Below, piece by piece: positions 1 to 13,721 of a stretch of DNA of 64,000 nucleotides. The notes beneath the pieces are model-generated. The model was not told the DNA's origin and did no database searches. It saw only the letters and a program-made list of their open reading frames with translations. The first letter of the stretch is position 1. Each line of letters starts with the position of its first letter. Position numbers and translations under genes: made by a program. Where the stretch lies: NCBI GenBank assembly GCA_963745025.1, contig CAVUWD010000020.1:96001-160000 (forward strand), given 5' to 3'. The DNA comes from an uncultured delta proteobacterium (GTDB taxonomy: Bacteria > Desulfobacterota > Binatia > JACPRU01).

Positions 1-1210
1 TGTCGTTCTGGGCCCTGATCTGGGTGAGATCGCTGGTCGTTGGGGGAACCAGTCGCTGCCAGTGCTCACCGTCCGTCGTGCGCAGCACCAAGCCGCTTCG
101 ACCGGCGAGCCAGCAAATCTCGGCGGAGGGCGCCGAACCAGCCAGCAAGCCGGTTGCGTCACCGGTCGGCTGGGCTCGCCAGGTCTTGCCGGCGTCGTCG
201 GATCGCTCGATCGTGGCCTCGCTCAACCGCCAAGCGACGTCGTCACTGGTACGCGCGATGATGACGACGCCGCGGTCCGTCGTCGGCTTCATCGCCTTTG
301 CGGCGACGCCGACGTTTGCCTCGCCCGCCGGCGCCGGTGCCGCTTGATCGGCGCGAAAGGCCTCGAGCGTGCGCTCGTCTTTGGCTGCCTGCTTCGTTTC
401 GGAAGGTTCGTTCGCGCCCTCTCGAGGACCCATCGCGAGGGGCGAAGCGGGCTCGAGGCTCGGTGCGCCGGGTGATTGCTGTACGGTTACGGTGGGTGCC
501 CGCGCGAGCATGTCCGTTTCCTCACGCGGCATCGATTCGGCCAGCGCGGATCGGGATTCGGCAGCCGGCATCTTGTCCAGCATCGGCGGAGCGGCGGGAC
601 TCGCAGCGGTCGTCAGGGCGGGCGCCGCTTGCGGTGCCTCTAGCCCCTCCTTGATTCGTGTGTCCGTGTCGCGGCTCGCTGCGAGCGGCACGACGTTCTC
701 CGGCGCTCGGGCGCGCAATTCGGATTCGCGCGATTTTCGCGAGGCCTCTCCGATGAGCGGGGCGAATCGGTAGGTCACGCCGATCGCCAGCACGGCGCTC
801 GCAGCCAAGGCAACCGGGCCGACCCATGTCCAAAGCGTCCGCCGCCTCGGCGTGAACGGCGTCGCTCCGACGGCTGGTTGCGATGGCGGCGTGACCTTGT
901 CGGGCTCGGGGGGTGGTTCGGCTTTCACGACCGCTGCGGGCGGAGCCGGTTCGACCGGCTTCGGCTGCGCCGCCTCGGGCGCGGGCGCGGGCTGCAAACG
1001 AAGCAGAGCCGCAATCTCGGCCTGGCAGCCGCTGCAGCTCGAGAGATGGATCTCGAGCTCTCGAGCCTCCGGCTCCGCCAGCTTGCCCTCGAAATAGGCG
1101 GATAGCAGGCCCGGATGCGGGCAGTCCTTCCGGGAAGGCCCCAAGTCCTCGCGCAGGAACGAGGCGAGGATGTGCTCGAAGCTCTTGTCGCTGTCGGCCG
1201 AGCTGCTCAA
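1..1210 (-). CDS. zf-HC2 anti-sigma factor with TM helix and C-terminal BNR/Asp-box (YCF48-like) domain; runs off window start
   Basis: Not in ORF track (no stop in window). Manual translation from TTG at 1210 (GGAGAG upstream): CPHPGLLSAYFEGKL..EIHLSSCSGC (HxxxCxxC), TM WTWVGPVALAASAVLAIGV, Pro/Ala linker, Asp-boxes RSDDAGKTW and RTTDGEHW; directly downstream of ECF sigma. Confidence 0.85.
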   Translation of the reverse strand, partial: MSSSADSDKSFEHILASFLREDLGPSRKDCPHPGLLSAYFEGKLAEPEARELEIHLSSCSGCQAEIAALLRLQPAPAPEAAQPKPVEPAPPAAVVKAEPPPEPDKVTPPSQPAVGATPFTPRRRTLWTWVGPVALAASAVLAIGVTYRFAPLIGEASRKSRESELRARAPENVVPLAASRDTDTRIKEGLEAPQAAPALTTAASPAAPPMLDKMPAAESRSALAESMPREETDMLARAPTVTVQQSPGAPSLEPASPLAMGPREGANEPSETKQAAKDERTLEAFRADQAAPAPAGEANVGVAAKAMKPTTDRGVVIIARTSDDVAWRLSEATIERSDDAGKTWRAQPTGDATGLLAGSAPSAEICWLAGRSGLVLRTTDGEHWQRLVPPTTSDLTQIRAQND

Positions 1211-1261
1211 ACAACTCTCCTGTCCATTTGGAACGCACGCATCATCGAAGCTTGCGCACCT

Positions 1262-2152
1262 TTAGCACGCCGGCGGTACGAGCTCCTTGCCGAGCTCGAA
1301 TGGCCAGCATTCCAGGGCTGTTTCGTAACACGCCCGGACGTCTTCCTCGTCGAGTCCGTGTTCGCTTCGCAGGCGACGTTTCACCTCCTTACGCAGTGAG
1401 TCCCGGGTGTGTTCCAGCTTGCGAGAGACCGTGGATTCGTGCTCGCCGAGGAGTCGTCCGACTTCGGCAAGCGTGAGTTGTTGAATGTAGTAGTAGGACA
1501 GTCGCAGCCGATCGCGCGCCTCGAGCTGAGACAACGCTTGCGAGAGCGACTGACGCAGACTCTCGAGGTAGCGTGCGCGGTCGGAGTCACTCGGTAGAGG
1601 CGCGACGGCGACCTCGTGGCCGATCGCTTCGTTCAGTCGGCCGCGCAGTGCCTGGCCGCGCTGTGCGGCGCGATAGCCGTCTACGAAAGTGCGCGCCACG
1701 ACCGAGCGCAGCCAGGTGCCGAGCGAGCTGCGGCCGTGAAAATACTGGAAGAGCGAGCGGCGTCGGCCATCTCGCTCTTCGAGGCCGTAGAGATCGGCGT
1801 AGAGGCTGTCGGTGATCTCCTGGGCTCGGGCTTCCTCACGCGCCAGCGAGAGTGCGGCGCCGAACAGAACGGGGCGGAATCGCCCCAGGAACTCGATCCA
1901 GGCCTGCTGGTTGCCGTGCTCGCAAGCCGCCGCCAGTGCGAGATCCTCGACGTGGAGCGAACCGAGATAGCGCTCGATCTCATCGACCTCGAACGGTGCC
2001 TCGGCGGCAAACCGTCCCGCCGCGCTGCGGTAGAGCGCGGTGGCAAATTCCGACGCGGATAGCTTCCAGCGCTCGGCACGCCCCTGGGCATAGAGACGGT
2101 CGATCACGCGGGCATGCCGGTTCTGAAACTCCTCGAGAGACCGGGCGCTCAT
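1262..2152 (-). CDS. ECF-type RNA polymerase sigma-70 factor with N-terminal extension
   Basis: DLALAAAC..G...AW region 1.2/2, GRSSLGTWLRSVV, region 4 LTLAEVGRLLGEHESTVSRKL. Confidence 0.85.
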   Translation of the reverse strand: MSARSLEEFQNRHARVIDRLYAQGRAERWKLSASEFATALYRSAAGRFAAEAPFEVDEIERYLGSLHVEDLALAAACEHGNQQAWIEFLGRFRPVLFGAALSLAREEARAQEITDSLYADLYGLEERDGRRRSLFQYFHGRSSLGTWLRSVVARTFVDGYRAAQRGQALRGRLNEAIGHEVAVAPLPSDSDRARYLESLRQSLSQALSQLEARDRLRLSYYYIQQLTLAEVGRLLGEHESTVSRKLEHTRDSLRKEVKRRLRSEHGLDEEDVRACYETALECWPFELGKELVPPAC

Positions 2153-2302
2153 CGACGATCATTCGCCCGCTGCAGGCGGTTGCTTGATGGCCTGCTCGCG
2201 GCGGGGTTGTCGCTGGAACACGTACACGTAGGGGACGTTTCGCATGCTTCCAACTTCTCGGCGCTCAGAGTACTCCCGAAGGCGGAGGAGTGCGAAACCT
2301 CC

Positions 2303-3373
2303 CTACGCCCCGCTGACATTCAGAAAATCGATCATCTGGCGCAGTCTTCCGAAGTTGATTCGATTGAAATGGAAAACCAATCTCGGCAGCTCGACTGTCT
2401 CGTCGCGCTCCTCCTCGGCGAGCGCGTGCGTCAGGTGGAACCGTCCGCTCACCACGAGATCGGCGAAGTCGGTGTGCAGGCGCTCGAGGAGGTCTTCTCG
2501 GAGCGGACGCGTCAATCGCATGACGAGCTTTTCACCGACGTACCGTGACGAATGATAGACGGTGTAGAAGCGGCAAATCTCGTCGACGGCGACGGCGACG
2601 TCGTCGGTGACTCGGACTAGCGACAGATCTTCTTCGGAGATCAGGCTCCGGCGGAGGAGGCGGTCGTTCACGTAGTCGCGCCACGCGTTCCAGTAGGTTC
2701 CTCCCGGCGCATCGACGAACACGATCGGCATCGGACCGGCTTTCCCGGTCTGCACCAGCGTGAGACACTCGTACGTCTCGTCGAGGGTGCCGAATCCCCC
2801 GGGGAAGAGAACCACCGCGTCGGCTTCTTTCACGAACAGCAGCTTGCGCGTGAAGAAGTACTTGAACGTCATCAGCTTGGGATCGTCGGCGATGACATCG
2901 TTGGGCCTTTGCTCGAACGGCAACCGGATGTTGACACCGAAGCTGCGCTCGCGTCCGGCCCCGGCCTGGCAGGCGCGCATGATTCCGCCGCCCGCGCCGG
3001 TGATCACCATATACCCCTCATCGGCGATCCGGCGCGCGAACTCTTCGGCTTGGCGATAGGTGGGATCGGTTTCCGCAATACGCGCGGAGCCGAAGGTGGT
3101 GACTTTACGGACCCCGCCGAAGCGGGCGAAGATGCGAAAGGCGTAACGCAGCTCCCGAACGGTGGCGTTCAGCAGACGGACGTCGGCGATCGACGTGCGA
3201 TCTTCGAGGAGTCGGATCGCCGTGACCACGAGCTCCTTGACGTACTGTGCCGCCGGCTCGGGGGCATCGGGGCGGATCTCGCGCAGAAAGGCTTCGACGC
3301 GCTCGAGCGTTGCCGACTGACGGGGTCGGCGCGGCGCACGCGGCCGCACGCCGGACGGTTGGCCGTCGCTCAC
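2303..3373 (-). CDS. LOG family (TIGR00730-like) nucleotide phosphoribohydrolase
   Basis: FGSAR, TGAGGGIM and PGGFGTLDE motifs; GTG start at 3373 after GGAG, abutting stop of upstream gene. Confidence 0.88.
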   Translation of the reverse strand: MSDGQPSGVRPRAPRRPRQSATLERVEAFLREIRPDAPEPAAQYVKELVVTAIRLLEDRTSIADVRLLNATVRELRYAFRIFARFGGVRKVTTFGSARIAETDPTYRQAEEFARRIADEGYMVITGAGGGIMRACQAGAGRERSFGVNIRLPFEQRPNDVIADDPKLMTFKYFFTRKLLFVKEADAVVLFPGGFGTLDETYECLTLVQTGKAGPMPIVFVDAPGGTYWNAWRDYVNDRLLRRSLISEEDLSLVRVTDDVAVAVDEICRFYTVYHSSRYVGEKLVMRLTRPLREDLLERLHTDFADLVVSGRFHLTHALAEEERDETVELPRLVFHFNRINFGRLRQMIDFLNVSGA

Positions 3374-3374
3374 C

Positions 3375-5432
<2,058 letters not shown>

Positions 5433-5547
5433 GCAGGCACTCTAACCCGGATCCTCCGCGAAGTCTGCTCTGCAAAGACTGGCGGACGATCGGAGCGCGG
5501 CCACCCAGAAAAAGACCTGACAGGAGCTTGTGGTTGGAAATGGAAGA

Positions 5548-7589
<2,042 letters not shown>

Positions 7590-7623
7590 GTTCCGCTCGA
7601 AGCCTCTATCCTGGAGGTCGAGG

Positions 7624-8868
7624 ATGAGACAAGCAGCCACTTCGCCGTCACGGCGATTCCGTCCCGACGGGGCCCGCCGGAGCTTCCCGGGCCTACGCGA
7701 CATCGTCTTTCTCAACGCCGCGAGCATGGGGATCGCGGCGTCACCCGCGCTCGAAGCGATCGGCCAGCAGCTGCGCTTGCTCGCGGCCGGGCCGCGGACG
7801 CTCGGCTGGACGCGGTTTGTGGAGCTCTTCGAACGCGGCGTTGCCGAGGCCCGCCGCGAGGCGACGCGCCTGCTCCGCGCCGAAGGCGACGAGGTCGGTT
7901 TGATCAGCGATACCACCGCCGGGCTGCACCACGCGATCGAGGCGATTCCCTTCGAGGCCGGCGATAACGTCGTGCTGTCCGACCTCGAATACCCGCAGGT
8001 GGCGTTGGCCGCGGCGAACGCTCGCCGCGAGAGGAGCGTCGAGCTGCGATTCGTCAAGCATCGCGCCGGGCGGATGTCGATCGACGACTTCCGCACGGCG
8101 ATCGACTCGCGCACCCGCGCCTTGCTCGTGAGCTCGGTCGGCTGGGTGACCGGCGAGCGGCTTGACCTCGCGGCCTTCTCCGATCTCGCGGAGAAGCGGG
8201 ATCTCTTTCTCGTGGTCGATGCCGTGCAGCAGCTCGGCGGGCTCTCCATCGACTGTTCGAAGCTACGAATCGATTTTCTGACGTCCGGTGGCTACAAATG
8301 GCTGAACGCCCCCTTCGGTTGCGGCGTGATGTACGTCCGTCGAGGGGTTCACGAACGCGGCGTGCGGGTCCGGCGGGTCGGCCTTCTCGGCCTCGAGGAG
8401 CCACGCTCGGGCTGGAGCTCGTTTTACTCATCGCCGGACATGAAGCCGCTGCCGGATCTCGAGCCGGCGCGAACGATCCGCCGCTTCGAAGCGCAGGGGA
8501 CCCCGAACCGCCTGGGAGCCGCAGGGCTCGCTGCGGCGCTTCGCCATCGCAATGGCCAGGACCGCCGAGGCGTCGATCGGCACATCCTCGACCTCGGCGC
8601 GGAGCTCATTGCGGAGCTCGCCGCTCGGAACGCGACGATCTGGACGCCGCACGAGGAGGCCAGCCGCGCCGGGATCGTCAGCTTCACGTTCGACGGGCGG
8701 CCGACCGCCGATGAGAGGCTCCGCGCCTTCCTCGAGCAGCGAAGGATCTTCACCAGCGCCCGTTACTGCTCGGGCGTAGGCGGCGTGCGAGTGGCGATGC
8801 ATCTCTTCAACGTTCGCGAAGACCTCCGCGCGCTCCTCGCGGCGATCGACGCGTTTCGGCGGCGCTGA
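7624..8868 (+). CDS. Aminotransferase class V PLP enzyme (C-S lyase / cysteine desulfurase-like fold)
   Basis: FLNAAS, DAVQ, SGGYKWL (PLP lysine), [15 protein letters not shown]; ATG 7624 chosen after GAGG. Confidence 0.85.
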   Translation: MRQAATSPSRRFRPDGARRSFPGLRDIVFLNAASMGIAASPALEAIGQQLRLLAAGPRTLGWTRFVELFERGVAEARREATRLLRAEGDEVGLISDTTAGLHHAIEAIPFEAGDNVVLSDLEYPQVALAAANARRERSVELRFVKHRAGRMSIDDFRTAIDSRTRALLVSSVGWVTGERLDLAAFSDLAEKRDLFLVVDAVQQLGGLSIDCSKLRIDFLTSGGYKWLNAPFGCGVMYVRRGVHERGVRVRRVGLLGLEEPRSGWSSFYSSPDMKPLPDLEPARTIRRFEAQGTPNRLGAAGLAAALRHRNGQDRRGVDRHILDLGAELIAELAARNATIWTPHEEASRAGIVSFTFDGRPTADERLRAFLEQRRIFTSARYCSGVGGVRVAMHLFNVREDLRALLAAIDAFRRR

Positions 8869-8869
8869 T

Positions 8870-10153
8870 TTGAGTAGCGGGTCATCGCTGACCACTACCC
8901 TGATTTGCGCGCTCGACGCATTCATGCAATCCGGGACGACCGTGCCGAATGTTCCACTTCAGAGATTCCGCGTGGGGAGGCTGCGCGTGCTGTTCGAGCG
9001 CTCCCCGGGGCCGCTTACGGGCATCGTATTCGGCGCGCGCTCGGGATCACGATTCGACGGGGAACGGCCGGGGATTGCCCATCTCGCCGAGCACATGCTG
9101 TTCCAGGGAACGAAGACGCTCGATCACGCGGCGATCAACGAACGGGCGGCAGAGCTGGGTGGCGATCACGACGCCAGCACCAGCTACGAAGACCTGAACG
9201 TGACCTTCCAGGTGCTGAACGCGGACGCTGCGTCGGCAATCGCGTTGATCGCCGAACAGGTGCGGCGCTCGACCGTACCCGAGGATCGCCTGGAGAACGA
9301 GCGGCAGGTGGTAGCCCAGGAGATCCGTAGCCATCGCGAGGACGCCATCAGCTATCTTTCCGACGAGACCTGGGCGCGCTTCTATGGCGGCGGGCTGCGG
9401 CTGTCGCCGAGCGGTACGTTGGCGAGCGTGCGCTCGATTGAGGCGTTGGACATCCGCCGCTTCCTTCGCAAGCGCCTGGTCGGCGCGAACGTGGTGCTGT
9501 CGATCGTCGGCGATCCGCCGCTCCACGAGATCAAGCGGGCGCTGGCCGGGGAATTCGGCGGGCTCGCTCAGGGCGCCGCGTGTCAGGCAGACGGCGCGCG
9601 CGTGGTGCGTACGGGGGAAGTGCGCTTGCGCCGGTCGGGGCTCACGCAGCTCTATCTGACCATGCTCTTCTCGGTACCGCCGACGCGCCGCGCGCTGCTG
9701 GCGCTCGGCCTCGCCCTCGAGATCGTCGGAACCGACCCGGACGGACGTCTCTATCACGAGGTTCGCGAGAAGAGCGGACTTTCCTACGATCTCTGGGCGG
9801 ATCTTCCGGGGGGGGCCGGCTGGGCGGCGCTCGCCGTGGGCGCGGTCGCCGAGCGCCGCGCCGAATTGCGGCTGCGCCGCGCCATCGACCGCGTGTTCGA
9901 AACCGCCGCCACCGAGGGCTTCCGCGGTGAGGAGATCGCGCGCGCGCGGCGCAAGGTCCGCTATCGCTATGCTCGTCTTTCCGAAGCCAAGCTCGATCGT
10001 GCTGCCGCGCATGCAGCGTCGATTCTCTACGGGGCGCCGCGACTCGACGAGGCGGAATCGATCGTTCGTTCGCTTCGCCGCGAGGAGATCGAAGGAGCGT
10101 GGTGCCGCGCGCTTCGCGGTCCGCGCTTGACGGGCGTGCTCACCGGTAGCTGA
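8870..10153 (+). CDS. M16 family (pitrilysin-like) zinc peptidase
   Basis: GSRFD..PGIAHLAEHMLFQGT (HxxEH), RLYHEVREKSGLSY; true start may be 8924 or 8942. Confidence 0.87.
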   Translation: MSSGSSLTTTLICALDAFMQSGTTVPNVPLQRFRVGRLRVLFERSPGPLTGIVFGARSGSRFDGERPGIAHLAEHMLFQGTKTLDHAAINERAAELGGDHDASTSYEDLNVTFQVLNADAASAIALIAEQVRRSTVPEDRLENERQVVAQEIRSHREDAISYLSDETWARFYGGGLRLSPSGTLASVRSIEALDIRRFLRKRLVGANVVLSIVGDPPLHEIKRALAGEFGGLAQGAACQADGARVVRTGEVRLRRSGLTQLYLTMLFSVPPTRRALLALGLALEIVGTDPDGRLYHEVREKSGLSYDLWADLPGGAGWAALAVGAVAERRAELRLRRAIDRVFETAATEGFRGEEIARARRKVRYRYARLSEAKLDRAAAHAASILYGAPRLDEAESIVRSLRREEIEGAWCRALRGPRLTGVLTGS

Positions 10154-10158
10154 GGAAA

Positions 10159-10263
10159 CGTTTCACGCTTCGTTCGCGTGCGGGGTCGAATCACACGCTG
10201 CCGGTCTGCTCGTTCCGCAAGCGAAGGAACGTGAAACGCCCCTTAGCGCGGGCTGACGCCCGC
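10159..10263. repeat. Imperfect ~24-bp inverted repeat plus adjacent small GC hairpin
   Basis: cgtttcacgcttcgttcgcgtgcgg (10159-10183) pairs with ccgcaagcgaaggaacgtgaaacg (10215-10238); gcgggc-tgac-gcccgc at 10248-10263. Confidence 0.6.
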
Positions 10264-10387
10264 AACCCAAGTGCCGAATTTTGTCACTGCTTCTCCAAAT
10301 TCTTCGCGTGGCGCGACGATTCTCGGAACTAGTAGCTCAGCGGACTGGTTGCGCGCGCACCGGCGCGGGCGGTACAAGTTGCGCTTC

Positions 10388-11317
10388 ATGGCTCTGCGCA
10401 TCGTGCTCGTCGGTCAATCGGCGTTCGGAGAGAAGACCCTCGAACGACTGTCGCGAGATCACGAGATCGTCGCCGTCTACTGCCCCCCCGACGCGTCGGG
10501 CGACAAGATCGATCCGCTGAAGGCGAAGGCGCTCGCGCTTTCCCTCCCCGTGCATCAGCCGAGGTCGATGAAGGGCGACGACGTGCACCGCGAGTTCGCG
10601 ACGCACGAGGCGGATCTCGCCGTGCTCGCCTTCGTCACCGTGATCGTGCCCGAGCGCATCATCCGACTTCCGCGCCTCGGCACGATCTGCTTCCACCCGT
10701 CGCTGCTGCCGCGCTATCGCGGGGGCAGCGCGATCAACTGGCAAATCATCCGCGGTGAAACGCGTGGCGGCTTGACCGTCTTCTGGACGGACGCGGGCAT
10801 CGATACAGGCCCGATTCTGCTGCAGAAGGAGGTTGCGATCGGTCCCGACGACACGACGGGATCGCTCTACTACGAGAAGATCTTTCCGCTCGGGCTCGAT
10901 GCGATGGAGGAGGCGGTCGGGCGGATCGCCGAGGGTCGCGCGCCGCGCATTCCGCAGGACGAATCGCTTGCGAGCTACGACCCCCTCTGCCGGGACGAGC
11001 ACGTTGGCATCGATTGGTCCCGGCCCGCCCGCGAGATCTACGATCTCGTGCGAGGCGCGGATCCGCAGCCCGGCGGTTGGGGACTTCTTCGTGGCGAGAA
11101 GATTCGCTTCTATGATTGTCGACTCGTCGCCTCCGGCCGAGGTGAACCCGGCGAGGTGCTTGCAATCGGCGAGGAGCATGCGGAGATCGCGCTCGGCGGC
11201 GGCGCGCTGCGCGCTCGGCGATTGCGCGTCGGGGACTCGGCGAAAAAGTCTCCGCCCGCCGAGCTGGCGCGCGCGGGGCGCCTGCGGGTGGGCGATCGTC
11301 TCGAACGGGGGCGCTGA
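10388..11317 (+). CDS. Formyltransferase family protein (Fmt-like / 10-formyl-THF-dependent)
   Basis: HPSLLPRYRGGSAINW, DAGIDTGPIL, C-terminal IDWS..RGADPQPG. Confidence 0.85.
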   Translation: MALRIVLVGQSAFGEKTLERLSRDHEIVAVYCPPDASGDKIDPLKAKALALSLPVHQPRSMKGDDVHREFATHEADLAVLAFVTVIVPERIIRLPRLGTICFHPSLLPRYRGGSAINWQIIRGETRGGLTVFWTDAGIDTGPILLQKEVAIGPDDTTGSLYYEKIFPLGLDAMEEAVGRIAEGRAPRIPQDESLASYDPLCRDEHVGIDWSRPAREIYDLVRGADPQPGGWGLLRGEKIRFYDCRLVASGRGEPGEVLAIGEEHAEIALGGGALRARRLRVGDSAKKSPPAELARAGRLRVGDRLERGR

Positions 11318-11323
11318 GCTTCC

Positions 11324-11935
11324 ATGGCGGATGAGATGAGAAGCGCGATCGAGCGCGCGTTTCAGGAAAGTATCGATGCCAAGCAACAATTCCTGAAGCA
11401 GCACCTGCCGGCGCTCGAGAACGTGATCGAGGTGATCGCGGCGCGGATGCTCGCGGGGAACAAGGTGATGTTCTTCGGCAACGGTGGCAGCGCGGCGGAT
11501 GCGCAACACCTGGCGGCGGAGTTCGTGAATCGCTTTCTGCTCGAACGCCCGCCGCTGCCGGCGATCGCGCTCACCACCGACAGCTCGATTCTGACCAGCA
11601 TCGGCAACGATTACGGCTTCGTCGAGGTGTTCGCCAAGCAGGTGAAGGCGCTCGGCCGGGAGGGCGACGTGGCGGTGGGACTGTCGACCAGCGGCAATTC
11701 GCCCAACGTGGTGCGTGCCGTCGAAGTCTGCAAGAAGAAGGGCATCATCACGGTGGCGCTGACCGGTGGCGGAGGCGGAAAGCTCGCGGGAATCGTGGAC
11801 CATCATCTCTGCGTGGCCGCCACCAAGCTCACCGCGCGCATCCAAGAGACCCACATCCTGATCGGCCACGTGATCTGCGAGATGGTGGATGGCAAGCTCT
11901 TCGGGCACGACCCGGGAAAGCGCAGCCGGGGTTGA
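11324..11935 (+). CDS. gmhA: D-sedoheptulose 7-phosphate isomerase
   Basis: GNGGSAADAQH, NDYG, STSGNS, RIQETH motifs. Confidence 0.95.
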   Translation: MADEMRSAIERAFQESIDAKQQFLKQHLPALENVIEVIAARMLAGNKVMFFGNGGSAADAQHLAAEFVNRFLLERPPLPAIALTTDSSILTSIGNDYGFVEVFAKQVKALGREGDVAVGLSTSGNSPNVVRAVEVCKKKGIITVALTGGGGGKLAGIVDHHLCVAATKLTARIQETHILIGHVICEMVDGKLFGHDPGKRSRG

Positions 11936-12879
11936 AATTCCGCGAGATCGATCTGTCGCGCGTCCGCACTTATCCGCTCGGCTCGCGAACGAGCAAGGTG
12001 GACGCGCAGGCGCTCGGGCGGCCTGTGGGGAGCGGGGCGTCCGTTGCCGAGCTGCTGGCGAGCCTGCCCGATCTGCTCGCTGCGCGCGAGCTGCGTGAGG
12101 CGGCACGCGAGCTCGCCCGCCGGCGCCGCTCGGGGGGCTCGATTGTCCTCGGCATGGGAGCTCATCCGATCAAGGTCGGACTGTCGCCGCTGATCGTCGA
12201 TCTCCTCGAGCGCGGCGTATTCGCAGCCGTGGCAATGAACGGGGCCTGCATCGTTCATGACTTCGAGCTCGCACTCGCCGGCCGCACGTCGGAGGAAGTC
12301 GCCGAGCAGTTGGCCGACGGCAGCTTCGGCATGTCGGAGGAGACGGGCCGCTTCTTGAATGAAGCGGCCGGCGAAGGGGTGGCGGCGGGAATCGGGCTCG
12401 GCGACGCCGTCGGACGAAAGATTCTCGCCGCGGTTCTGCCCCACGCCTCGCTCAGCATTCTAGCGGCCGGCGCTCGGCTCGGTATCCCCATCACCGTGCA
12501 CGTGGCGCTCGGTACCGACATCATCCACATGCACCCCAGCGCCGACGGTGCGGCCATCGGCGAGACGAGCTTGCGCGACTTCCGCATCCTCGCCGAATGC
12601 GTTACCACGCTCGAGGGCGGGGCATTCGTGAACCTTGGCTCGGCCGTGATCCTTCCCGAAGTGTTTCTCAAGGCGCTCAGCTTGGCTCGCAACGTGGGCC
12701 GCACGGTCGCGGACGTCTTCACGCTCGACATGGACTTCAACCGCCAGTATCGCCCCCTCACCAACGTCGTCTCGCGCCCGACGCTGCAGGGTGGGCGAGG
12801 GATCCATCTCACTGGGCACCACGAGATCATGTTTCCGCTGCTGTGCGCGGCGCTGCGGGAAGAGATGGAGCGATCGTGA
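11932..12879 (+). CDS. Conserved protein with deoxyhypusine-synthase-like fold (GSU2086-like)
   Basis: GMGAHPIKVG, MNGA..HDFE, GTDIIHMHP, GSAVILPEVFLKA, GHHEIM; overlaps gmhA stop. Confidence 0.7.
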   Translation: MKFREIDLSRVRTYPLGSRTSKVDAQALGRPVGSGASVAELLASLPDLLAARELREAARELARRRRSGGSIVLGMGAHPIKVGLSPLIVDLLERGVFAAVAMNGACIVHDFELALAGRTSEEVAEQLADGSFGMSEETGRFLNEAAGEGVAAGIGLGDAVGRKILAAVLPHASLSILAAGARLGIPITVHVALGTDIIHMHPSADGAAIGETSLRDFRILAECVTTLEGGAFVNLGSAVILPEVFLKALSLARNVGRTVADVFTLDMDFNRQYRPLTNVVSRPTLQGGRGIHLTGHHEIMFPLLCAALREEMERS

Positions 12880-13721
12880 GCAAGGGCCGTAAGAACGAAG
12901 GAACTGCCCGGCCCGCGGGCCGGAGCGAGACCACGGGTGCGATCGTCACGCTCCTTTCCGACTTCGGCGAGCGCGACGGCTTCGTCGGGATCGTCAAAGG
13001 GGTCGTGCTCGGGATCTGTCCCACGGCGACGATCGTCGACCTGAGCCACGACGTCCCGCCGCAGGACGTCACCAGTGGCGCGCTGATTCTCGCCAGCGCC
13101 GTCGGATATTTCCCCGAGCGCACGATCCACTTGGCCGTCGTCGATCCCGGCGTCGGCACGACGCGCCGCCCGATCCTGATCGAGACCGACCGTTTCGTGT
13201 TGATCGGTCCCGACAACGGGCTGCTCAGCGTTGCAGCGAACGCCGCTCCCGTTCGGCGCGTCCTCCATCTCGATCGACCCGAGTATTTCTCGCCGTCGCC
13301 GAGCCATACGTTCCATGCACGCGACGTTTTCGCTCCGGTCGCCGGCCACTGCGCCCGCGGCGTCGAATGCGCCTCTCTCGGCTCGGCGCTGGATGGCTTC
13401 GCGCGCGCGTCAATTCCGGAAGTACGGCGGCTGGAGACCGCGCTCGAGGGCCAAGTCATCCACGTCGATCGCTTCGGCAACCTGATGTGCAACATCCGGC
13501 GCGAAGATCTCACCGGCTTCCGCGAGGCGGAGCTTTCGATTAGCATCGGTGGCGTGCAGATCGGGGAAATTTCCCCTCATTACTCCGCGGTCCGAGAAGG
13601 CAAGCCTGTCGCCCTGTGGAACAGTTGGGGGAGGCTCGAGATCGCGGTCCGCAACGGCTCTGCGTCGCGTCATTTGCGCGCCCGCAACGGAGATCGGATC
13701 CAGGTGAATTTCCGGCGATGA
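12876..13721 (+). CDS. SAM hydroxide adenosyltransferase / chlorinase family (DUF62)
   Basis: TLLSDFG, VVDPGVGT.RR, GPDNG, TFHARDVFAP, IHVDRFGN; GTG 12876 overlaps upstream stop. Confidence 0.92.
   Translation: MSKGRKNEGTARPAGRSETTGAIVTLLSDFGERDGFVGIVKGVVLGICPTATIVDLSHDVPPQDVTSGALILASAVGYFPERTIHLAVVDPGVGTTRRPILIETDRFVLIGPDNGLLSVAANAAPVRRVLHLDRPEYFSPSPSHTFHARDVFAPVAGHCARGVECASLGSALDGFARASIPEVRRLETALEGQVIHVDRFGNLMCNIRREDLTGFREAELSISIGGVQIGEISPHYSAVREGKPVALWNSWGRLEIAVRNGSASRHLRARNGDRIQVNFRR

Noticed and set aside
5433-5547. ybdD/yjiX-type small partner gene after cstA
   Set aside because: No such ORF could be read in the 115-bp gap
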